A DNA stretch of 64,000 nt, taken from IMG/VR virus record IMGVR_UViG_3300025646_005482, positions 64,001-128,000 of that record; one strand, given 5' to 3'. Within the stretch, counting starts at the first letter, position 1; the number at the start of each line of letters is the position of its first letter. The translations under genes and the position numbers were made by a program. The notes under the pieces were generated by a model that worked only from the letters and a program-made list of their open reading frames with translations, had not been told where the DNA came from and ran no database searches. This document shows positions 9,293 to 15,374 of this stretch, piece after piece. The stretch is from a virus.

Positions 9293-9827
9293 CTATTCCA
9301 TCCTTTGGTTTCTCTATTGTTTCATTATCAGCACCTGCAGCAAGCCACGCGGCTTTTGCTTCAGCACCGATCAAACCATCATATGGACATGGTGTACCAG
9401 CATTCATCATTGCATTGAATACTCTTTCGTCTGTACACATGAGTGACACTGCTGCCACTTTCATACCCATATCATATAGAGTTTTGGCATTCTTCAGTCG
9501 TTCACAGTTCTCATCAGTAAATTGTGTACCTGTAGAAATACCGAGAATTTGTGTTTGTACTGCTCCAGCTACACCAAAAGTACAAAGATCAGAGTTCGAT
9601 GTATTGATAGTTGGTGTAATCGCCGATGCAGGAGGCGACTTCAGTGTTGTGGTAGTATTACCGTTGGTCGTAATTGTGCTTGTAGTTGTCGACTCAGTTC
9701 TGATTAAATTAGGATCTACAGCTTCTTCTTGAGCGATTACAATTGCAGGTAGCCACAGAAAACCGAAAATGATGATAATGCAAAACAGAGTGACTCTAAG
9801 CAAGCTTGAGTCTAATTTATCAAACAT
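9219..9827 (-). CDS. Secreted Cys-containing protein with C-terminal membrane anchor (first gene of envelope operon)
   Basis: N-terminal hydrophobic segment, Thr-rich linker, four Cys in the mature region (DLC, ENCERL, LMC, TPCP), C-terminal GGGLAGILALLLLL. Confidence 0.8.
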   Translation of the reverse strand: MFDKLDSSLLRVTLFCIIIIFGFLWLPAIVIAQEEAVDPNLIRTESTTTSTITTNGNTTTTLKSPPASAITPTINTSNSDLCTFGVAGAVQTQILGISTGTQFTDENCERLKNAKTLYDMGMKVAAVSLMCTDERVFNAMMNAGTPCPYDGLIGAEAKAAWLAAGADNETIEKPKDGIDEQTKKTAMAGGGLAGILALLLLL

Positions 9828-9910
9828 ATTATTTTTACCTATAAAATTTTAAAATTGATTTTTAAATACATCAATATAGGCATACTGTTAGAGTGGCTCA
9901 TCCACATAAG

Positions 9911-9942
9911 TATTTATACAAACCTGATCCCAGGCCTGTCAA
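9911..9942 (-). promoter_or_regulatory. Composite promoter for envelope operon: TTGACA-N18-TATAAA overlapping late TATAAATA
   Basis: Reverse complement reads TTGACAggcctgggatcaggtttgTATAAATA. Confidence 0.65.
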
Positions 9943-9970
9943 TAAATGGACAGGCCCCTGCACCTCACGG

Positions 9971-10012
9971 CTTATACGCAAAAGTTATAAGCTTAGAAGT
10001 AAAAAGTCTAAG
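9971..10012. promoter_or_regulatory. Two tandem 6-9-6 palindromic operator-like sites
   Basis: CTTATA-cgcaaaagt-TATAAG immediately followed by CTTAGA-agtaaaaag-TCTAAG, between divergent promoters. Confidence 0.55.
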
Positions 10013-10019
10013 CCAGGCA

Positions 10020-10048
10020 TGTAACGGGGCCTCCCCATGAGGTAGAAT
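10020..10048 (+). promoter_or_regulatory. Early promoter TGTAAC-N17-TAGAAT
   Basis: 17-bp spacer; followed by GAGGAG RBS and ATG 10074. Confidence 0.55.
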
Positions 10049-10073
10049 ACCAGCCCCCTTGAGGAGAATATCT

Positions 10074-10265
10074 ATGTATACTTATGAACTCGACTGCGCT
10101 TCTGACTGCACCCTCGGCTACCTCTCTGATCTTTGCACCAAATACAATGCACACTATCGCTCTCGCATCCACTATGGACCTGCCGGGGGCAATCCGTATA
10201 TCCAATTCATTTTTAATAACCAAAACGACTTAGATCATTTTGTTATTGATTATGTAAATAATTAA
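10074..10265 (+). CDS. Small early hypothetical protein
   Basis: GAGGAG RBS; GPAGGNP motif. Confidence 0.7.
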   Translation: MYTYELDCASDCTLGYLSDLCTKYNAHYRSRIHYGPAGGNPYIQFIFNNQNDLDHFVIDYVNN

Positions 10266-10294
10266 CAAAAATAATCTAAAAAAATCTCTAATGA

Positions 10295-10343
10295 AATCAA
10301 TAACTTGCAAGCGCCCAAAAAGTCTAATCAAATCATAGACTTA
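10295..10343. promoter_or_regulatory. Two IHF-consensus-like sites
   Basis: AATCAATAACTTG (10295-10307) is an exact WATCAANNNNTTR; AATCATAGACTTA (10331-10343) has one mismatch; A-tracts upstream. Confidence 0.55.
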
Positions 10344-10347
10344 GAGG

Positions 10348-10376
10348 TGTACAACCCCATCTCAGCAGGGTATAAT
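10348..10376 (+). promoter_or_regulatory. Early promoter TGTACA-N17-TATAAT
   Basis: Perfect -10, 17-bp spacer, GGAG RBS and ATG 10403 downstream. Confidence 0.75.
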
Positions 10377-10402
10377 GGCTCTTGTCAAATGGAGATATAC
10401 TT

Positions 10403-10909
10403 ATGAAAGCGATCATTCAGACTCAACACATGGAAAACTACGGTGCCCACGATTGGGACGGCGAGGGTTCTTGTCCGCAGTACTGGAAGCCCAAAGGTGG
10501 TAGCACCTACATCTTCAACTGCACCATCGAGGAGAACATGGACCCTCAGTGGTGGGCCCGTGTCGAGGCTGCTTGCACCAGCAAGAGCGAGTACTTTGAG
10601 GAGTACTCAGTTGGTGAGACTGTGGTCGATGATATCGACTTTCGTGTCTCTGACCACACCCCTGACTGGGACGCACCTTATTATGGTACGATCAAGGAAG
10701 ATCGTATCTCTTTCAACCGCACGACCGAAAACCGGCCGATGTCTGGTTGGCGCAAAGAAATCGCTAAGGAGTTCACCGCGTACGACGTGTTGGACAATGG
10801 CGAGGAAGTACATCACGGTGTTGCCTTCGAAATGGTAAACGGTGATGTTATACCTTTCGCTGAGCTTCGCGCTTGGCTGGACAAGTACGCACCTGCGGAG
10901 GCAGCGTAA
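10403..10909 (+). CDS. Conserved phage early hypothetical protein
   Basis: TQHMENYGAHDWDGEGSCPQYWKPKGG motif; strong RBS; codon usage suggests high expression. Confidence 0.8.
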   Translation: MKAIIQTQHMENYGAHDWDGEGSCPQYWKPKGGSTYIFNCTIEENMDPQWWARVEAACTSKSEYFEEYSVGETVVDDIDFRVSDHTPDWDAPYYGTIKEDRISFNRTTENRPMSGWRKEIAKEFTAYDVLDNGEEVHHGVAFEMVNGDVIPFAELRAWLDKYAPAEAA

Positions 10910-10989
10910 TGAAAGACACACTTACTGGAATTTTTGTAATGGCACTGTTGGGTGCCATCCTTGGAATCATGTTAGGAGTATCCATATAA
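10909..10989 (+). CDS. 26-aa single-TM micropeptide (not in ORF track)
   Basis: MKDTLTGIFVMALLGAILGIMLGVSI*; TAATG coupling at both ends, GGAGG RBS. Confidence 0.6.
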   Translation: MKDTLTGIFVMALLGAILGIMLGVSI

Positions 10990-11351
10990 TGGGTAGAAAA
11001 AGAAAGAACGATCCGTTTGCAGTCGAAGAAGTCGAGGTATTTGATCCTGACTTCAAGCAACCCCAAATGATCATTCAGCTTCGTAAGATCGTCGACTCTA
11101 TCGGCAATCCGAAGCCGCTTCATTGGGTTCGTACTGACGGTGATCGTAACATTTGGGTTGCTCACAAGCACGCCAAAACCATCGTTGAGATGTACGATCG
11201 ACTGACTAGCGAAGAAGCTACTTCGTCTGTCGTCCAGAATCGTCAAGATCCAGCTATCAATGCACAACGTACACGCCTCAAGCGTGAGTTTATGCAGCGC
11301 CTGCAGACCACTGTCGGTCTCCAGTCAATTCTCGAGTCGTTGCGAGCATGA
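10989..11351 (+). CDS. Early hypothetical protein
   Basis: Start MGRKRKNDPF with AGGAG RBS; ATGA overlap with next gene. Confidence 0.75.
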   Translation: MGRKRKNDPFAVEEVEVFDPDFKQPQMIIQLRKIVDSIGNPKPLHWVRTDGDRNIWVAHKHAKTIVEMYDRLTSEEATSSVVQNRQDPAINAQRTRLKREFMQRLQTTVGLQSILESLRA

Positions 11352-11560
11352 CTAAGCAGGAAACAGCTGCTCGCGAGTTCGGTAACCTCATGGACCATTA
11401 CTTCGCGTATGATGATTTTCACCTCGGAGTATTTCCTCTGATGAAGAGAACACGTGGCCGTGAGGATGCTGTAGAAAATACAGCTTGGCATGAGTTTGAA
11501 GCTAGACTGCTTGATCTGATATTGAAGCAAATACCACCGGAGTATCCAAACGAGCTATGA
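11348..11560 (+). CDS. Early hypothetical protein
   Basis: 70-aa ORF, ATGA-coupled on both sides. Confidence 0.7.
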   Translation: MTKQETAAREFGNLMDHYFAYDDFHLGVFPLMKRTRGREDAVENTAWHEFEARLLDLILKQIPPEYPNEL

Positions 11561-11787
11561 GAATCTTCAAGGAATTAACAGAGTGGCCTGACGTTGAGTA
11601 CAATGTACCCAACCACACTTATGCTGTCAATGATGCAGGGAAGTGTGTAGGCTACGTCAAGACTGGTACCTCAGAATGGATATTCTTTGCTAAGCCCCGT
11701 ATGTTTGACAGGGCCCGCCGCAAGTTTATCCAGCTCAAGTCAGGAAATTTAGTAAATCTTTTTGAAAAAAACTATGTACAATACTAA
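11557..11787 (+). CDS. Early hypothetical protein
   Basis: ELTEW..PNHTY..GYVK..FDRARRKF motif pattern of small phage early proteins. Confidence 0.75.
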   Translation: MRIFKELTEWPDVEYNVPNHTYAVNDAGKCVGYVKTGTSEWIFFAKPRMFDRARRKFIQLKSGNLVNLFEKNYVQY

Positions 11788-11803
11788 TTTTTTTTGGTAG
11801 AAT
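11775..11803 (+). promoter_or_regulatory. Early promoter TGTACA-N17-TAGAAT
   Basis: Same architecture as the other early promoters. Confidence 0.7.
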
Positions 11804-11828
11804 GGTACATGTAAATTGAATTGGCCGA

Positions 11829-11893
11829 GAATGTAGAGGTGGGGTTGCAACCCGAAACGGCCCAAATAGCTGAATATGACAGCCTCTACATTC
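11829..11893 (+). ncRNA. Putative structured 5' leader RNA (multi-stem junction)
   Basis: 11-bp stem GAATGTAGAGG/CCTCTACATTC enclosing GGGTTGCAACCC, CCGAAACGG and GCTG-N7-CAGC hairpins. Confidence 0.4.
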
Positions 11894-11920
11894 ACCTTAA
11901 TTAGCCTGTAGGAGGGCAAT

Positions 11921-12055
11921 ATGAAAAATGAAAATGTAGTTGAATTTCCAAGCCAAAACAATGATGATCAGCGCGCCAAAATCGAACGGCAAGCTGACGA
12001 GATTGCGGCTCAAACGGATGCTATCGCTAACCTAATCTTTGGTGAGGAAGCTTAA
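11921..12055 (+). CDS. Hypothetical acidic protein, 44 aa (not in ORF track)
   Basis: AGGAGG RBS; MKNENVVEFPSQ...LIFGEEA*. Confidence 0.7.
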   Translation: MKNENVVEFPSQNNDDQRAKIERQADEIAAQTDAIANLIFGEEA

Positions 12056-12057
12056 TA

Positions 12058-13044
12058 ATGGCACATATGGTTGAAACAATGGCGTACGCTGGTGAAGTTC
12101 CTTGGCACGGTTTAGGTGTCAAGGTTGCTGACGATCTGACGCCTCAAGAGATGATGAAGGTTGCTGGTCTTGATTGGTCAGTAGAGCGTCATCCTATCAC
12201 TACGCTGGTTGATGGTGAAGAGATCACTATCGAAGGCAAAAAAGCTTTGGTTCGTTCATCTGACAACAAAGTACTCGACGTTGTAGGAGATCAGTGGATC
12301 CCAGTCCAAAATGCTGATGCGTTCGAGTTCTTTGACGAGTATGTTAAGGCTGGCGGCATGACGATGCACACTGCTGGATCGTTGAAAGATGGCCAGATTG
12401 TATGGGGACTCGCTAAGATCGACGAATCTTTTTCTCTCTTTGGCGGTAAGGATCAGGTAGACTCCTACCTCTTGCTGTCAAATCCACATAATTACGGTCG
12501 CGGTGTCGATGTTCGATTCACACCCATTCGGGTAGTTTGCAATAACACCCTGTCAATGTCTCTCGAAGGCAAAGCATCGCTTGGTATCTCGCTTAATCAC
12601 AAGTCAGAGTTCAATGCTGAGCGTGTCCGCCTAGCCCTCGATGAGGCATCTAAGAAGATGGAAACCTACCACGAAATGGCTGATTTTCTGTCGAAGAAGT
12701 ACTACAAGCAAGCTGACTTGTTCGAGTACTTCAACCAAGTCTTCCCTGTTACCACCAATCGTGCTGGTACAATGGACTTTGACGAGCTTATGAAGTCATT
12801 CCAGGAAGGTAAGAAAGCTGGTTCGCGTAACGCTAGAACTGCAATGGAAATCATTCACACTCAGCCTGGTGCATCACTTGCCGAAGGTACATGGTGGAAT
12901 GCTTACAACGCGGTGACTTATATGACTAATCACACTCTCGGCAACAGTCAAGATACTCGACTGCAGTCAGCTTGGTTCGGTCATAACAAGAACACGAACA
13001 TCAACGCTTTAGGTATGGCAATTGAATACGCTCAAGCAGCGTAA
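12058..13044 (+). CDS. DUF932 / TIGR03299 phage-plasmid family protein
   Basis: PWHGLG, AGLDW, PVQNADAF, TAGSL, TPIRVVCNNTL, GTWWNAYNAVT motifs. Confidence 0.9.
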   Translation: MAHMVETMAYAGEVPWHGLGVKVADDLTPQEMMKVAGLDWSVERHPITTLVDGEEITIEGKKALVRSSDNKVLDVVGDQWIPVQNADAFEFFDEYVKAGGMTMHTAGSLKDGQIVWGLAKIDESFSLFGGKDQVDSYLLLSNPHNYGRGVDVRFTPIRVVCNNTLSMSLEGKASLGISLNHKSEFNAERVRLALDEASKKMETYHEMADFLSKKYYKQADLFEYFNQVFPVTTNRAGTMDFDELMKSFQEGKKAGSRNARTAMEIIHTQPGASLAEGTWWNAYNAVTYMTNHTLGNSQDTRLQSAWFGHNKNTNINALGMAIEYAQAA

Positions 13045-13049
13045 GGTTT

Positions 13050-13092
13050 GGAGGCTCGCGGCCACGGCGAGACGTGGCCGGCCTCCTTTTTT
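13050..13092 (+). terminator. Rho-independent terminator closing the early island
   Basis: GGAGGC..GGCCACG/CGTGGCC..GCCTCC hairpin followed by TTTTTT. Confidence 0.85.
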
Positions 13093-13131
13093 AGTAACAT
13101 AAATATTATTCCATACAGAGGAGGATTTGTT

Positions 13132-13461
13132 ATGGAATGGATTATTGCAGTAGCTGTGGCACTTGGATTGGCCGCATTTTTCTTTTGGCCGCGAGTGAGC
13201 GAAAAAATCGATGAAGTTCAGGAAGACATCACCGAAGCTCGCGAAAAGGTTGAAGAGAAGTTTGAAGAAGTCATTGAAGATGTTGAAGATGCAGTTAAAG
13301 AAGCATTGAATAATCTTCCGACAAAAGCGCAACTAATGAAACTCACTAAGGCAAAGATCGATGAACTGGCTTCAGAAGTCGGTATCACACTTGATCGACG
13401 TCAAACAAAAGAGAAGATGGTTGCTGACCTTCAGAAGCAAGCTAAAAAAGCGAAACAGTAA
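13132..13461 (+). CDS. Membrane-anchored protein with acidic helix and basic HeH/Rho-N-like C-terminus
   Basis: TM WIIAVAVALGLAAFFFW; LMKLTKAKIDELASEVGITLDRRQTKEKMV; CATAAATA upstream and GAGGAGG RBS. Confidence 0.75.
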   Translation: MEWIIAVAVALGLAAFFFWPRVSEKIDEVQEDITEAREKVEEKFEEVIEDVEDAVKEALNNLPTKAQLMKLTKAKIDELASEVGITLDRRQTKEKMVADLQKQAKKAKQ

Positions 13462-13462
13462 T

Positions 13463-13711
13463 ATGACAGAAATAATCGACGATGCTCCGAAGGAGTTCGG
13501 AGCTCAGTCTTTTTTGTTCGAGATAGAAAAGCTACGAGAGAAAGATTCAATCGATTATATGGATGCCATCTTACATTATTGCGAAAGAAACGATATTGAG
13601 ATCGAGGCAGTGGCGCAGTACATTCGAAAGAATCTAGTGCTCAAAGCAAAGATCCAAGAAGAAGCCGAAGATTTAAACTTTTTACAGAAGACAGCAAGAC
13701 TACCTATATAA
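13463..13711 (+). CDS. 33: Late transcription co-activator gp33
   Basis: FEIEKL..YMDAILHYCERNDIEIE..LKAKIQEEAEDLNFL; 33-59-32 synteny. Confidence 0.9.
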   Translation: MTEIIDDAPKEFGAQSFLFEIEKLREKDSIDYMDAILHYCERNDIEIEAVAQYIRKNLVLKAKIQEEAEDLNFLQKTARLPI

Positions 13712-14280
13712 TGGAACCATTTGAGGCATTTCAGAAATATCTTGCGCTCAAGCTTCACTTCGATTCTGAATCCTATGACTACTTCAAGTACCGTGGGAAG
13801 ACGAATGCAAAGAAAGATAAGTTTGATTTAAGGCAAGATCGTTTCTTCTTCCATCGTCTATCAAAGAAAGATGATCTCGAGTTGTACCTAGCCAGCAATC
13901 TGTTTGAAAATCCAGATGCATGGGTAGGACAACTCCTTGATCAAGAATGCGTTGATAGATTTAAAGAAACAAAGAAACGTCATCAGTCCCTGAAATATCT
14001 TTTTCAGCAAGACATGTCACAGTTCGAGAGCTTAGATGACGCGCTCGTGGTTAAGAACGGTGATTACCCTAAGATACTCAACATGTACAACAGAAAGGAG
14101 ATCATGCCTGAAACCATGATAATCCTGAATGCTACGTGTAGGGTATTCTGGTATTGGAAAGAAAACATTTCTGATACTATTATATGGCCGAAGACAATGA
14201 ACAAGCTGTTGAAGTTTCAGCCGTTCGTGAAGTTTGATTTAGAAGATTATGTTGAACTCGTCGGCAATTTATATAAATAA
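13711..14280 (+). CDS. 59: Helicase loader gp59
   Basis: YLALKLHF..YDYFKYRGK..RQDRFFFHRLS; synteny. Confidence 0.9.
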   Translation: MEPFEAFQKYLALKLHFDSESYDYFKYRGKTNAKKDKFDLRQDRFFFHRLSKKDDLELYLASNLFENPDAWVGQLLDQECVDRFKETKKRHQSLKYLFQQDMSQFESLDDALVVKNGDYPKILNMYNRKEIMPETMIILNATCRVFWYWKENISDTIIWPKTMNKLLKFQPFVKFDLEDYVELVGNLYK

Positions 14281-14321
14281 GGGGGAGGGGGGTTTACAAG
14301 CACTCTCTTTTGTAGTAAGAT
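14272..14321 (+). promoter_or_regulatory. Late (TATAAATA 14272-14279) and early (TTTACA-N17-TAAGAT 14293-14321) promoters of gene 32
   Basis: Both motifs read directly, followed by an AT-rich leader. Confidence 0.7.
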
Positions 14322-14385
14322 ATACTTGTTATATTATGAATACTGTGAATAAACTGTTTATACATTCGCATACAAGGAAATACAT

Positions 14386-15297
14386 ATGGATTTTGCAAGT
14401 CTAAAATCAAACCGTAAGTCGTCATTCGACAAACTTACAGCAGCCGCTGAGAAAGTAGCCGGCAATCAATCACAAAGCAACGGCCCAGACGAACGCTTTT
14501 GGAAACCCACAGTCGACACAGCAGGTAATGGTTCTGCCATTATCCGATTCTTGCCTGCACCCTCAGGTGAAGATGTGCCTTTCGTCAGATATTGGGACCA
14601 TGGCTTCCAAGGCCCTGGTGGTTGGTACATTGAGAAGTCACTGACTTCTATCGGCCTCGACGATCCTGTCGGTGAATACAACTCTAAGTTGTGGAACTCT
14701 GGTCTTGAGTCTGACAAAGAGATCGCACGTAAGCAGAAGCGTCGTCTTCACTATGTGTCTAATATCTTGGTCGTCTCTGATCCTGCCAATCCTCAGAACG
14801 AAGGCAAAGTCTTCCTCTATGAGTATGGCAAGAAGATCTTTGACAAGATCAATGACCTCATGCATCCCGCCTTCGAAGACGAGGCAGCAGTCAACCCATT
14901 TGATCTGTGGGAAGGTGCCAACTTCCGCCTGCGCATTCGCAAGGTAGAAGGTTATCGTAATTACGACAAGTCAGCATTCGACTCTCCGTCTGCTCTGTCT
15001 AACGATGACAGCGAGCTTGAAACCATTTGGAAACAGGAACATGGTCTTGCCGAGTTCCTCGATCAGAAGAACTTCAAGTCGTACGAAGAGCTTCAGCAGA
15101 AGTTGATGCGTGTACTTGGTGGGTTGCAGCCTGATAGTGTAGCAGAAGATGTACCTAATGCATCACCTGCTGCGCCTGAAGTGGCTCCAGCGTGGACACC
15201 TCCAGCAGCTACAGCAGAACCTGAACCAGCAAAGGAAACAGTCTTCGACGACGATGATGAGTCACTGGATTTCTTTAGGAAGCTTGCTAACGAATAA
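14386..15297 (+). CDS. 32: Single-stranded DNA-binding protein gp32
   Basis: DERFWKP, GNGSAIIRFLPA, GKKIFDKI, NPFDLWEGANF, acidic C-terminal tail. Confidence 0.97.
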   Translation: MDFASLKSNRKSSFDKLTAAAEKVAGNQSQSNGPDERFWKPTVDTAGNGSAIIRFLPAPSGEDVPFVRYWDHGFQGPGGWYIEKSLTSIGLDDPVGEYNSKLWNSGLESDKEIARKQKRRLHYVSNILVVSDPANPQNEGKVFLYEYGKKIFDKINDLMHPAFEDEAAVNPFDLWEGANFRLRIRKVEGYRNYDKSAFDSPSALSNDDSELETIWKQEHGLAEFLDQKNFKSYEELQQKLMRVLGGLQPDSVAEDVPNASPAAPEVAPAWTPPAATAEPEPAKETVFDDDDESLDFFRKLANE

Positions 15298-15311
15298 AGC
15301 TTGGGAAGCTT

Positions 15312-15374
15312 AGGGTCGTAGATCTTCAAAAGCGCGAGTCATGCAGTAGCGCGCGGGTCTACGGCCCTTTTTTT
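15312..15374 (+). terminator. Long hairpin terminator between convergent gene 32 and the tape-measure candidate
   Basis: AGGGTCGTAGATC/GGTCTACGGCCCT stem with internal GCGCG stem, then T-run. Confidence 0.75.

Noticed and set aside
9187-9732. 181-aa plus-strand ORF and other short ORFs opposite the envelope operon
   Set aside because: Shadows of the coupled minus-strand genes, which have signal peptides and a promoter.
11829-11893. tRNA or hammerhead ribozyme
   Set aside because: No T-loop GTTC motif or cloverleaf; lacks the CUGANGA core. No tRNA genes were recognised in the window.
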